Shown here: positions 46,874 to 57,553 of the stretch, piece by piece
Position numbering within the stretch: the first letter of the stretch is position 1
How the letters are laid out: each line of letters opens with the position of its first letter
From: an uncultured Nitrospinota bacterium
GTDB lineage: Bacteria; Tectomicrobia; Entotheonellia; J063; CAVPRW01
Assembly (NCBI GenBank): GCA_963707985.1
Contig: CAVPRW010000023.1
Span: 172,776-236,775, forward strand
Direction of reading: 5' to 3'
Length of the DNA: 64,000 bases
Made by a program: the position numbers and the translations under genes
The notes under the pieces: model-generated
Seen by the model: the letters and a program-made list of their open reading frames with translations, nothing else
Told to the model about the DNA's origin: nothing
Database searches by the model: none

Positions 46874-48109
46874 ATGAGCGGCGATAACGAAAAAGAACTT
46901 CCAGCCGTCCCGCACCAGGACAATGTTGAGGCTAACATCATTGAGCAGGTCCTTGAGGCGACGTTCGAAGATGCTCAACCACTAGTTGCACGTCATCTCG
47001 ACGCGCTTACACCAGAGCAAGGAGGGTCTGAGCTCGAACTATTCTTGCGGTCAATTTGGGAACATCTGGAAGGCATAAGGGTAGTCAAGGAAGAGGGTAA
47101 GTTTGATCTCGCGGGCAAGCTTGAAGAGTCTGCTGCAGCCGGCTTTCAACAGTTGGGCATTTACGAGTTGGAGTCAATGTCTCGTTCTATGTCGGCATAC
47201 GCCAACGCCGTCATCGAAGTCCAGCGCCTCAACATCAATCGGAGTCTGGAACTCTTTGCCGCAACTGAGGATTATCTCAGAAAGGCGGGGCGGTTCGGTC
47301 GCAAGTTCCAGCCGACCATTGACCATATGAAACCAGAGGCGCTATTCATTGGCGTTATACCAGCTCTCTTGGCTGGAGACATTGACTCGGCGAGAGCGCT
47401 AACCAGCCAGGCGTTCGCCGCGTCAGAAAAGGTTGTCAAAACGTACTACGAAACGAATGATCCGCTGCACTTCACGTTTCTTGGCCTAGCGTACTTTTAT
47501 CGGGCCATCTACTCATATTTTCAGGCTCAAGCAGATCTAACGAAACTAGAACTGGACAAGCTCGAATCAGAAGATCTCGCGGCAAGTGCCAGAGAGGCTG
47601 AGCGATTGCTGGCTCAGGCCGATCTGACGAACATACAGATCCAAGTGGCCCATCATCTCGCGAAAGCGCTCGTGGACCTCCTGGAAGTCACAAAGGGAAT
47701 CGCCGCCCACATACATCTCTGCTTCAAGGCCACCTTCAAGCCAGACGCTCGGGGATTCGCCGATCTGCGAATGATGACGCGTCGCGCCATTGAAAATGCA
47801 TCGAGGGCCGGGCCACAAGCCGTGCCGGTTGTCAGATCATGTGATGATCTTCTATCACGAATTAGCAACGTCGAAAGACTGGCTCGGCCCAGAAAGACGG
47901 ATTTTGGGATCTACTCCGGACTCATTTCGGCTGGGCTATTTCTGCCGCTATTGGTGATTGCCTCATGGGCACGCAGTGCTTTCGGGTTTGAGCTTGACGG
48001 CAAAACTTTCTTTTTAGCGATCGTCGGGATTGCGCTAGTTGGCGGCTTCGGGTTTGGTGCCCTACGGTTCAAGAATTTTCTTTTCTCGCCCGCCCCGAGC
48101 GATGGATGA
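46874..48109 (+). CDS. Cassette gene: helical (TPR-like) protein with two C-terminal TM helices
   Basis: GGAGG RBS; cassette ends GTTGGGC / GCCCAAC are complementary. Confidence 0.75.
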   Translation: MSGDNEKELPAVPHQDNVEANIIEQVLEATFEDAQPLVARHLDALTPEQGGSELELFLRSIWEHLEGIRVVKEEGKFDLAGKLEESAAAGFQQLGIYELESMSRSMSAYANAVIEVQRLNINRSLELFAATEDYLRKAGRFGRKFQPTIDHMKPEALFIGVIPALLAGDIDSARALTSQAFAASEKVVKTYYETNDPLHFTFLGLAYFYRAIYSYFQAQADLTKLELDKLESEDLAASAREAERLLAQADLTNIQIQVAHHLAKALVDLLEVTKGIAAHIHLCFKATFKPDARGFADLRMMTRRAIENASRAGPQAVPVVRSCDDLLSRISNVERLARPRKTDFGIYSGLISAGLFLPLLVIASWARSAFGFELDGKTFFLAIVGIALVGGFGFGALRFKNFLFSPAPSDG

Positions 48110-48111
48110 GT

Positions 48112-48193
48112 GCCCAACCAAGGCCTGCAGGCGACGGCTGCCAGCGGCCGCTGCGCTCCCGCTTCCCGCCACGCCTGATGCCTGGCGTTCGAT
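48112..48193 (+). other. attC site
   Basis: GCCCAAC...CTGCAGGCG...CGCCTGATG...GTTCGAT. Confidence 0.85.
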
Positions 48194-48350
48194 GGCTCGT
48201 CAGGACGAGAGAAAGCCGTCGGTTGGCAGGATTCTTCTGGTATGATACGATTGTACATCCTGAAGTGCTTGACCCGGTCGGGGCATCGGGTCTCGGCTCA
48301 GGTTGATGGTCCGCCACGGGATCGGACAAAATCACCTCGGGAACTTACTC

Positions 48351-49472
48351 ATGGTGAACGAATACTTCTTCGAAGAAGCAAGAGAACAGTCTCAGGTGAA
48401 AACGGCTATTGTCCAGAAGTACTTTGATGCCTGATCTAAGATCATTATTGGCACGGCCAAGAAATTCGGTTCAAGTATCGCCTACATTGACCTATTTGCC
48501 GGGCCTGGTCGATACAAGGATGGGACAACATCAACTCCGCTCTTGGTGCTTCAGAAGGCAATAGAGAATCCAGACCTGAGAACTCGATTCCTCGCGATTT
48601 TCAGTGATAAGGATGAAGATAATTCTCGCTCACTTGAGAGTGCCATAGCTGAACTCCCAGGCATTGATCAACTCACGCACACGCCGCAGGTCAGGAACGC
48701 TGAGGTCGGCATCGAAATTGTTCAGAAGTTTGAAGAAATGAAGTTGTCCCCCACCCTTATGTTCATCGACCCATGGGGATACAAGGGCTTGTCGCTGCGC
48801 CTAGTAAATTCAGTGCTGAAGGATTGGGGTTGTGAGTGCATATTCTTCTTCAATTACAACCGGATTAGTATGGGCCTCCCCAACCAATATGTCCAAGATC
48901 ATATGGAAGCGCTGTTTGGGGCGGACAGAGTTGCTGACCTCCGTAATAGGCTGCAAGGGCTATCCCCGATGGAGAGAGAGGCCGAGATATTGGAATCTCT
49001 CGCAAAGGCACTGGTTCAGATGGGCGGAAAGTATGTCCTGCCATTCCGTTTCAAAAATGCGACCGGTAGCCGTACAAGCCATTACCTCATCTTCGTCAGC
49101 AAGCACCCGCTTGGATACAACATCATGAAAGAGATAATGGCCAAGGAGAGTACTTCTCAGGATCAGGGAGTGGCTTCGTTCGAATACTTACCAGCAACTC
49201 TCCGGCAACCATTTTTGTTCGAACTCACGCGACCACTCGACGATCTGCAGGATTCCCTACTTGCAGGCTTCGCCGGTCAACGTCTCAGCATGCAAGAAGT
49301 CTTTGAGCGACACAACGTAGGCACGCCATACAGCAAGAGCAATTACAAGGACGCTCTGATTGCCCTCGAAGCAGCGGCAAAGATCACCGCCGACCCTCCG
49401 TGTCCGCCTCGAAGAAGAAACACCTTCGCGGACAAGACGACTGCGATCTTCCCTTCGCGAAAGGAGAGATAG
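48351..49472 (+). pseudogene. tcmP: Three-Cys-motif partner protein (methyltransferase-like) with in-frame TGA at 48432
   Basis: EQSQVK...KYFDA*...YIDLFAGPG...FIDPWG; paired with DUF5131. Confidence 0.8.
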
Positions 49473-49474
49473 CC

Positions 49475-50311
49475 ATGTCTAAGTCCACCATTGAATGGAC
49501 CGAGGCCACATGGAATCCACTCACCGGTTGCACCAAGATAAGTCCAGGATGTAAGAACTGCTATGCCGAAAGGCTGGCGATGCGCCTACAGGCGATGGGA
49601 CAACCGAATTACCGCCATGGCTTTGATCTGACCTTGCACAAGCAGGCCTTAGAGTTACCCATGCAATGGTCTCGCTCGCAGATGGTGTTTGTCAACTCGA
49701 TGAGCGATCTGTTCCACCGCGAGGTCCCTGAGGAGTTCATCCGTCGAGTCTTCGATACGATGGTGCGGGCTTCATGGCACGATTTCCAAGTCCTGACAAA
49801 GCGAGCCGATCGACTGGCCGAAATCGGGCCCGGACTTCCCTGGCCGCGAAATGTTTGGATGGGAGTCAGCGTAGAACACGTAGATTACTACGCACGCATC
49901 GATCAGCTGAGAACGACTCCCGCGAAGATCAAGTTTCTATCCTTGGAACCCCTTCTCGGCCCGATGCCGAATCTCAATTTGGCTGGAATAGACTGGGTCA
50001 TCGTGGGTGGCGAGTCTGGTCCCGCTGCCCGTCCGATGTCCCCAAAATGGGTTAAGGATATCCGCGATCAATGTGTCGCTTGGAATATTCCTTTTTTCTT
50101 TAAACAATGGGGTGGCATAAATAAGAAACGAGCAGGACGAGATTTGGATGGCGTCACATACGACGGCCTACCGACATCATACTTGTCAAGAAGAGATGAA
50201 GATTCAATCAAGCGGTCTGCCGTAACCCTTCCCAAGAAGAGCGTGACCAAGCCAAGAACAGAGCGCAAGAATAATACTCACCCTCTTCTTCCTTTTGGGC
50301 CTCACAGATGA
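49475..50311 (+). CDS. DUF5131 (phage Gp37/Gp68-like, three-Cys motif) protein
   Basis: [49 protein letters not shown]. Confidence 0.92.
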   Translation: MSKSTIEWTEATWNPLTGCTKISPGCKNCYAERLAMRLQAMGQPNYRHGFDLTLHKQALELPMQWSRSQMVFVNSMSDLFHREVPEEFIRRVFDTMVRASWHDFQVLTKRADRLAEIGPGLPWPRNVWMGVSVEHVDYYARIDQLRTTPAKIKFLSLEPLLGPMPNLNLAGIDWVIVGGESGPAARPMSPKWVKDIRDQCVAWNIPFFFKQWGGINKKRAGRDLDGVTYDGLPTSYLSRRDEDSIKRSAVTLPKKSVTKPRTERKNNTHPLLPFGPHR

Positions 50312-50440
50312 CCCAGGAAAGAACATCCATTAATGAGCAGCAGAGAGCAGAGAGCCATCGAACAACGCGTTGAACCTGACGGGGGCAGTCTGGCGCGGAT
50401 CACGTATCAGGGCTCTTCTGTGATTGCAGGAGGTCAGAAC

Positions 50441-51391
50441 ATGGGGCGAACCAAGCTTTTCGTTAGCTACAGTCATCGCGACCGACCATGGCTCGAACGG
50501 CTGAAGGTCCATCTCGCTATCTTGGAACGGCGAGGTATCGTCCACGTCTGGTCAGACACGGGAATCGCGGTTGGGGCAAAATGGCGGGAGGAAATCGAGG
50601 CTGCGCTGACCGAATCTCGTGCCGCTGTGCTCGTGCTTAGCCCGGACTTTCTGGCTTCGGACTTCATCTGGCACGAGGAGATTCCCCGGATTCTGGAGCA
50701 CGAGAAGCAAGGGATGACACTCCTGCCGCTGATTGTCAGGCCATGCGCTTGGCGCATCGCCCCCGAACTGGCCCTGCTGCAGGCGCGTCCGATGGATGGA
50801 CGGCCACTATCGCTCGGCACTGAGGCTGAGGTCGATCGAGATCTCGCTGGGTTCGTATACGAGATCGGGAGTCGGCTCGAACAACTTCCGGCGGCGGTGG
50901 CGCGGGAAGAGATTGATCTTGCTCGCGCTCAGGCCAGGATTGTACGAGATACTCCACCTGTTATCCAGGCGGCCCAGGTACCACTCACCGTCGGAGCCGA
51001 GGAAGCCGCACAGCCGATCGAGGAAGGGGAGGCCTGGGTTGGCGTGTACCACCCGAAGCGCCGTCTACGGCTACTAATCGTGGAGAGGACAGGGCAGCAG
51101 TTTCGCGGTCAACTGCAATACCTGGACGACCGCAGTGTGACGGATACCGAAGGCGCGTTCATCAGTGTTCCAGAAGCCTTCGTGCATGAGGCACTCCGCG
51201 AGATCAAGGCTCGCGTCGGGCCAGTTGATTCCGCTCTGTCATTCCGAGAGACGCGTATTGTCAAACGTGGGAGTCAACCTCCGGACCTTGACGGCGAATA
51301 CGTGGCGCTCGTGTTGGGGTCCGTGATGACAGGCGTGTGGCAATCCAGAGGGAGCACCGTCGGCACGTTCGAACTCCGCAAAGAGAAATGA
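50441..51391 (+). CDS. Cassette gene: TIR domain protein with unknown C-terminal domain
   Basis: LFVSYSHRD, VWSD, SPDFLASDFIWHEE. Confidence 0.88.
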   Translation: MGRTKLFVSYSHRDRPWLERLKVHLAILERRGIVHVWSDTGIAVGAKWREEIEAALTESRAAVLVLSPDFLASDFIWHEEIPRILEHEKQGMTLLPLIVRPCAWRIAPELALLQARPMDGRPLSLGTEAEVDRDLAGFVYEIGSRLEQLPAAVAREEIDLARAQARIVRDTPPVIQAAQVPLTVGAEEAAQPIEEGEAWVGVYHPKRRLRLLIVERTGQQFRGQLQYLDDRSVTDTEGAFISVPEAFVHEALREIKARVGPVDSALSFRETRIVKRGSQPPDLDGEYVALVLGSVMTGVWQSRGSTVGTFELRKEK

Positions 51392-51450
51392 CCGGATGTC
51401 TGCGTTTGTCGGGGACGCCAGAATCATCGACTGGTCGCGGCGTCGCAGCC

Positions 51451-51508
51451 GCCCAACCACCCGCTTCAGCGGACCAGCTTCGCCGGCCGCTGAGCGGCAA
51501 CGTTCCCC
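51451..51508 (+). other. attC site
   Basis: GCCCAAC-CACCCGCTTCAGCGG...CCGCTGAGCGG-CAAC-GTTCCCC. Confidence 0.85.
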
Positions 51509-51634
51509 CCTCCGCTTCGCTCCGGGGGGAATGCGCGAGTTGAGCAGCGAACTCCTGGTTTCCCCTCCGCTCCGCTCCGGGGAGAACCAGGAGTTCGAAC
51601 AGATGCCCCTGCGGGGCACTGCTCAACTCGCGCA
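51503..51634 (+). repeat. Gene-less mini-cassette family 2 (132 bp)
   Basis: Short hairpin followed by perfect stem AATGCGCGAGTTGAGCAG / CTGCTCAACTCGCGCATT enclosing two hairpins. Confidence 0.75.
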
Positions 51635-51721
51635 TTAGACCTCTGCATATGGTATTACATCGTGTTACAATGTTGCCAAGTTAAAAAAACAACAGCGGGT
51701 GAAACAGTTAGGGGTAGCGAT

Positions 51722-51952
51722 ATGGCAACAAGACGGCAAAACGCACACACATCACAGAACAATTCCGTACGAGAGGCGGCCGAGCCGACCGCTAGCGTCC
51801 CTGAGGGGCACACTGTGCCGCAACGCCCTATTTGGGAAATCGTTGTGGAGATTGGCGCAGAAATTCCTGATGAGATGTGGGCCACAGTACCAGATGATGC
51901 GTCTATTAACTACAAGCATTATCTGTATGGCGTGCCCAAGAAGCCAGCATGA
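51722..51952 (+). CDS. Putative antitoxin (VapB-like)
   Basis: PDDASINYKHYLYG tail; overlaps the PIN toxin start (ATGA). Confidence 0.8.
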   Translation: MATRRQNAHTSQNNSVREAAEPTASVPEGHTVPQRPIWEIVVEIGAEIPDEMWATVPDDASINYKHYLYGVPKKPA

Positions 51953-52365
51953 ACGGAGTGTTCGCTGATACCGGCTACTGGATTGCCTTGTTCAACCCAC
52001 GTGATCAGTTGCATGCCAAAGCCGTCACAGCAAGCCAAGTACGCCAAGGCCGGCAGATTGTTACCAGCCAGATGGTTTTGACGGAGTTCCTCAATCATTA
52101 TGCCGCGCTTGGCCAACCGTTCCGCCAGCGTGCGGTACAGGTCGTACGTAGCTTCCAGAGCAACGTCGATGTTGAAATCGTCCCGCAGACAGATGGACAG
52201 TTTGCAGCGGCTCTCACCTTGTATGCCCAGCGTCCGGACAAAGAATGGGGAATAACCGACTGCGCATCTTTCCTCATTATGCATGAGCGGGGCATTGTGG
52301 AAGCATTGGCACACGACGACCATTTCCAACAGGCAGGTTTCATTCCCTTACTGCGCGATCGGTAG
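51949..52365 (+). CDS. vapC: PIN-domain toxin (VapC family)
   Basis: VFADTGYWIA, TDCASF, DDHFQQAGF. Confidence 0.9.
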   Translation: MNGVFADTGYWIALFNPRDQLHAKAVTASQVRQGRQIVTSQMVLTEFLNHYAALGQPFRQRAVQVVRSFQSNVDVEIVPQTDGQFAAALTLYAQRPDKEWGITDCASFLIMHERGIVEALAHDDHFQQAGFIPLLRDR

Positions 52366-52478
52366 GTGAAAACAGTACCCTCGCTCGGTAGCCTTTGGAC
52401 CCGTGCCGAAAAAAGCGGTCCCACGGACATTGAGACTGTCAGGGCGGTGGCAGTGGGTAAGCTCCATATCCCGTCCAG

Positions 52479-52543
52479 GTCTAACCAGCGCATGCAGCTG
52501 ACGCGCAACAAGCCGCGCGCGGCTGATGCTTGAGTCGTTCGGG
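52479..52543 (+). other. attC site
   Basis: GTCTAAC...ATGCAGCTG...GGCTGATGC...GTTCGGG; R'' pairs with cassette start ATTAGACCT. Confidence 0.85.
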
Positions 52544-52697
52544 CGGACACGCTTCGCGCGTCCGCCCGAACGCGGCGCTCACTTCGTTCGCAGCCTGGTT
52601 CGGCAACGCGCTTCGCGCCGCCGAACCAGGCTGCTGCACCTGCCGCGGCGGCCGTCAAGCCTTCGGCTCGCCGTCCCCCGCGCAGGTGAGCGCCGCG
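52538..52697 (+). repeat. Gene-less mini-cassette family 1 (160 bp)
   Basis: GTTCGGGCGGAC..GTCCGCCCGAAC hairpin plus long branched attC-like stem. Confidence 0.85.
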
Positions 52698-52730
52698 TTA
52701 TGCGTCAGTATCCGAACGGAGTCGCATCAC

Positions 52731-52945
52731 ATGCCTCTGTATAAGTACTACGGGTACGAAGCCGGCATAGCGGCGCTTAAATCTCAGCGGCTCGGATTTC
52801 GGTGCCCGAAGGATTTCAATGATCCGTTGGAACTGAGTTTTCCGATTGAAGATTCGAGCCCGAAAGGGAGGCAGTTGGCGCGCGCTCTGGATGCCCTTAG
52901 AGATTGGGTCGTGATCCTTTCTCTAACGGAGACGCCAACAGACTC
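52731..52945 (+). pseudogene. DUF2971-like cassette gene truncated by ISKra4
   Basis: LYKYYG...FNDPLE...ILSLTE, then IS end. Confidence 0.7.
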
Positions 52946-54608
52946 GAGCGTACACGAAATGAGTTCAGGGTCAAAGTGGCGCGAGACAACGGTTTCTGGG
53001 TGCAAGGGACCCTCCGTCCATGGTAGAAACCTGGGAACATCTGCTCAGAGTTCCTATGGTGTACCAGGCGAGGAGGATCCCCATGGAAGCCCTCGATGTC
53101 GAGATGAGTATCGCGGAAGGCGAGCAGGCGCTCCAGGCGCTGCTGAAATTTGTCCATGAGAGCGCTGACAAGCTCGAGGCGCACGACGCAGAGAAAGGTA
53201 TCTTCAAGCGGCTGCTGCCGATTGGGCTGGCGGCGATGAAACGCTACTTCGCCCAGCGCGGGACCGGCGATGTGGGACCGGCCATCACGCGGGCCGACGG
53301 TGAGATGCTGCCACGGGAGACGCCGCTGCGAGGGCGGGACTCCTGTTCGCTCTTCGGCACGTTCCAGGTGGCCCGTACCTGCGATCGCACGCCCGGGGAG
53401 CCCGGGATCTTCCCGCTGGACGCGCAGGTCAACCTCCCCGAGCGGTGTTCTTCGTACGTCCTGCAGGAGTGGATGACCGTGTTCGAGGTCGAGCACCCCT
53501 TCAAGGAGCGTTCGAGCTGGTTTGAGCCGCTCTTTGACCTCGAGGTCGCCGAGAGTGTCTTGATGGCGGTGGCGAAGGAGGCACCTGCGGACTACGAGGA
53601 CTTCTATGCGCAGCGGCCCATGCCGCAGGAGGTATCCGAGGGGGAGTTGCTGGTCGTGAGTGTTGACGGCAAGGGTGTCCCCATGATTAAGGCGGAGGCG
53701 ATCAAGCTCAAGGCTAAGCTGGGCACGGGCGAGAAGCGGCAGAAGAAAAAGGAAGCGCTGGTGGGGGTCAGCTACACGGTTGATGCCAAGCCGCGGTCGC
53801 CGGAAGCGCTGGCGGAACTCCTGGTCGAGCCGGAAGCGGCGCGCACGCGCCAGCAGCGGGAAGGCGCCACGGACGATGCGCCGAGAGCCCAGCAGGTCCG
53901 GCGTCTCGCCAGCCTGGTGCGGACCAAGCAGGCAGTGATGGCACTGATCAAGGCCGACGCCGAACGCCGGGATCCCCAGCATCGCCAACCCTTGGTCGTC
54001 CTGCTCGATGGCGCCCTCGGCCTGTGGTACCTGGCGACGAAACTGTTCAAGGCGTGGAAGCGCGTGACGTGCGTGCTGGACATCATGCACGTCGTCGGCT
54101 ACCTCTGGAGCGCGGCCAACGCGCTGTGTGGGGAAGCCTCCAAGGCAGGAAAGCACTGGGTGCAGCAGAAGCTGACGGCGATTCTCCGCGGCCGGGTGGG
54201 CGACGTCATCGGCGGTCTGCGACACATCCTCACCAAGCAGCAGCTGCGGCAGTCGGTCCGGGAGACGCTCGCAAAAGTCATCACCTTCTTCCACAACCAC
54301 CGGCGCTGGATGCACGACGATGCGTACCTGGCCGCGGGCTTGCCCGTCGGGACCGGCGTCGTGGAGTCGGCCTGCGGGTCCGTGGTCAAGCACCGGATGG
54401 AGGGCGACGGCAAGCGCTGGAGCCTGGAAGGGGCAGCGGCCATTCTCACGCTGCGCTCGCTTAAGAAGAGCCACGATCATGATCTCCGGGACTACTGGAA
54501 GTTCCGTGCCCGCCAGGTGCGACGTCGCCTGTACGGTCACAAGCCAACATACAGGCCCATGCGGCGATTGAGACGTGTCGCATAACTCGACTCAAAAAGA
54601 TCACGCTC
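52946..54608 (+). mobile_element. ISKra4-family insertion sequence, copy 1
   Basis: GAGCGT...ACGCTC ends; homologous to 59445-61107. Confidence 0.85.
53083..54585 (+). CDS. ISKra4 family transposase (open frame, several suspicious substitutions)
   Basis: VDGKGVP, LLDGA, LDIMH, GTGVVESAC, KRWS. Confidence 0.85.
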   Translation: MEALDVEMSIAEGEQALQALLKFVHESADKLEAHDAEKGIFKRLLPIGLAAMKRYFAQRGTGDVGPAITRADGEMLPRETPLRGRDSCSLFGTFQVARTCDRTPGEPGIFPLDAQVNLPERCSSYVLQEWMTVFEVEHPFKERSSWFEPLFDLEVAESVLMAVAKEAPADYEDFYAQRPMPQEVSEGELLVVSVDGKGVPMIKAEAIKLKAKLGTGEKRQKKKEALVGVSYTVDAKPRSPEALAELLVEPEAARTRQQREGATDDAPRAQQVRRLASLVRTKQAVMALIKADAERRDPQHRQPLVVLLDGALGLWYLATKLFKAWKRVTCVLDIMHVVGYLWSAANALCGEASKAGKHWVQQKLTAILRGRVGDVIGGLRHILTKQQLRQSVRETLAKVITFFHNHRRWMHDDAYLAAGLPVGTGVVESACGSVVKHRMEGDGKRWSLEGAAAILTLRSLKKSHDHDLRDYWKFRARQVRRRLYGHKPTYRPMRRLRRVA

Positions 54609-54698
54609 AAATCACTTAGCAGTTACAGAATAGCGCCCAACCAATAACGCATAACTCACTGAGTTTATTTGCGTCCTTGTTCTGTAAGACCTGTCAAG

Positions 54699-55487
54699 TC
54701 AAAAAAACTTGAACATCGAGTGATAGCTTCTAACGCCATCGCGGAGGGCGGCGCGAATGGTCTGCAACGCCTCGGGTGTTTGCACACGCAGTAATCCCGC
54801 TGTGCGTACCGTGCTCTCTTGCATGATCTCAAATAGGACGTCCGGTGAGCGGAGTCGCCATGTCTGTGGCACGAGCATGACCTGCGGCGCCAAGTAGCCT
54901 GCCTCAAGCAACGTCCGACGGCACTCCGCTGGGTCACTGAATCGGAAGATAGGAGGACCGGGCGGCAGCGGTACATGCATGTTGCCGTGGTTCTGAATCG
55001 CGTGCAGCACCATCCCGAATCCCACGGCTTGCTCCGGCTGTGCCCACACCGTGAAGCCGAGCTTTCACCGGCACGGAGGACGCGGTGCGCCTCCGCCAAT
55101 GCCTGCTCAGGTCTTCCCAGATGCAACAATCCAAAGTTTATGACGACGGCATCGAAGCTGTTATCTGGAAAGGGCAGTTCCTCGGCGTCGCCCTCCTGAA
55201 ATGTCACCGCGGGATACTGTCGGCGTGCTTCGTCGACCATCGCCGCTGAGAAGTCAACGCCCACGACGCTGGCACCGCGTTGTGCTGCCGCAGCTGCGAC
55301 ATACCCCGGCCCTGTTGCCACATCGAGCACGCGCACACCGCGACGCACGTCCACCCCCTTCGAGCAGTGGCTCGATGGCTTGCGTGGTGAGGTCGCCAAA
55401 GGCATTATGGTATCGTGTGGGAATGTTCTCCCATCCTGCATGTTCAAAGGCTCTGAATGCGCTGGGATTCATGGATGGTGACGCCAT
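54699..55487 (-). pseudogene. UbiE-like SAM methyltransferase split over three frames
   Basis: FEHAGW, VLDVATGPG, GDAEELPF, FRFSDP. Confidence 0.8.
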
Positions 55488-55540
55488 GATGTTTCGTCCT
55501 TTTCAAGCAAATGGGTACCCGGAACGCGCTCATGGCCCGC

Positions 55541-55955
55541 CTACATCCCTCCCTGCCAGTAGCGACGACCCTCCAGGCGTATGAGTCGTCCATGCCCAGG
55601 GTGGGGAAAGTGGCACGCGATCAACAGCGCATTCTCGGCCTCAGCCCGCTCAATCATCTGTTTTCTTGTCTGCACCGCCCGAGCCGGATCCATATCGAAG
55701 GCAAACACCCAGTCCGGCTCAGTCACCTGCGCCGGATTGGTCGTGACATCCCCAATGATCAAGGCCCGCTGGCCCCCGGACACAATGGCCAGTCCCATGG
55801 AGCCTGGGGTATGGCCTGGCATCGGGATGGCGGTGATCTCACTGGTCAGCGCCTGTTCGCCCGCCAGGAGTTCAAGGACACCCAGGGTCTCGAGGGGACC
55901 AATGGTCTCCTCCCAGAACGGGAACGGGAAGTGTCCCTGCACCTCCGGCGTCTTA
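55541..55955 (-). pseudogene. MBL-fold metallo-hydrolase, C-terminal fragment
   Basis: PGHTPGS, IIGD, ACHFPHPG. Confidence 0.75.
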
Positions 55956-56008
55956 GAGGGTGTTTAAAAACCTGTCATGTGCGCCAGACGATGTACCATC
56001 AGGCGGTG

Positions 56009-57264
56009 TTGTGGTTTAATGAAAACGGACACCTTGATAAGGGTGATACGATAGACTCAGGAGGTGTCCCACCATGACAGCGAAACGACGCAACTATAGC
56101 GAGGAATGCAAGCGAGAGGCGGTCCGGCTGGTGACCGAGCCTGGCTACGGGGTGTCCGAAACGGCCCGCAATCTGGGGATCAATGCCCATATGCGGGGTC
56201 GTTGGACACGTGAGGTTGAAGCGCGACCAAGCGCAGCCTTTCCTGGGAACGGTCGCGTGTCGCCCGACCAAGAAGCATTCCAGCGGTGACGCGAGGACCA
56301 TAAGCGGTTTCGGATGGAGCGTGACATGTTAAAAAAAGCCTTGGGTGACGTTGCCAGCGGGTCGAATTGAGGTATGCCTTGATGGCCGAGCCCCAGGCCA
56401 TCTGGCCGGTTTCGGTCCTGTGCGCAGTGCTCGACGTGAGTCGCAGTGGCTTGTATGCGTACCTGCAGCGACACGCCCAGGCGTCAGTCCATGCTGAGGC
56501 AGTCGCCTTATGCACCCGTGTCAACGCGATGGCCGCGGAAACGCGTCACCGTTCTGGGCGTCGTCGCCTGGCCCAACAACTCCAGGATGACGGCTTTCAC
56601 GTGGGCCGCGCGAAGGCGCGGCGGGTGATGCACAAGGCGGGGGTGGCGGTGCCACGTCCCAGGCGACGAGGTCCCATGACCACAGACAGCCGACATCACG
56701 ATGCGGTCGCACCGAATCTGCTGGCGCGTCAGTTTGACGTGACGGCTCCCGATCACGTGTGGGCCGGCGATATCACCTACATAGGGACGGCTGAGGGCTG
56801 GCTATATCTGGCGGTGCTGGTGGACTTGTCTTCGCGCAAAGTCGTAGGCTGGGCGATAGACCCTCATATGGAGACCACCTTGGTGCAGGATGCCTTGCAG
56901 ATGGCGCTCGGACGTCGCGCTCCTGCTGCGGGGTTCAGGCATCATGCAGACCGCGGCAGTCAATACGCCAGCCACGCCTATCAAGCTCAGTTGGCCAACC
57001 AGGGGATCGTCTGTCGCATGAGTGAGCAGGGCGAGTGCCTGGACCATGCGGTCGCCGAGCGATTCTTTGGCAGCCTCAAGGGTGAGCGCACCTCGCTCCG
57101 TCACGATGCCACCCGCCGGGAAGCACGGGATGATGTCATTGACTACATCGAGATGTTCTATAACAGCAAGCGGTTACATTCATATTTGGGGTATGTCAGT
57201 CCCAATGACTTCGAGATGTTGGCCAGGGTGTCTTAACTCAGTGTCCGTTTTTACTTGACCATCA
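56009..57264 (+). mobile_element. IS3-family element, degenerate (orfA 56074 with internal stop; orfB 56367-57236)
   Basis: IRs ending AAAACGGACAC; WAGDITYI, HHADRGSQY, AERFF, RLHSYLGY. Confidence 0.9.
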
Positions 57265-57378
57265 CAGGACCTTCTCGCCGCGCTCAAGCTGCACCTGGAT
57301 ACGCGACCGCGCTTCCTGACGAGACACGGTAAGAGTCGGTCGCACGTGAGCGTCATCTCGCGGCTTCGAACGCGTCAT
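57265..57378 (-). pseudogene. Cassette gene N-terminus truncated by IS3
   Basis: AGGAG RBS and ATG directly after GTTAGGC. Confidence 0.55.
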
Positions 57379-57399
57379 CCTATCTCTCCTGTACTGAGT

Positions 57400-57471
57400 G
57401 CCTAACGACTGCGAATGAGCCGCGTGGTTTATCCGCTCAACAGCCACGTCGGCTCCATTCGCCGGTTAGAC
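57400..57471 (-). other. attC site
   Basis: GTCTAAC-CGGCGAATGGAGCCG...CGGCTCATTCGC-AGTC-GTTAGGC. Confidence 0.88.
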
Positions 57472-57553
57472 CGCCGGCTCTTCTAGAGCTGCGTTCCGGC
57501 CACTTGCTCAGGGCGCAGGCTGCCTGACCGTTGACCGACTGCGCATTGACATT

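Noticed and set aside
48432..48434. TGA recoding (Trp or Sec)
   Set aside because: TGA is used as a normal stop throughout the window; a single instance fits a nonsense mutation or an error.
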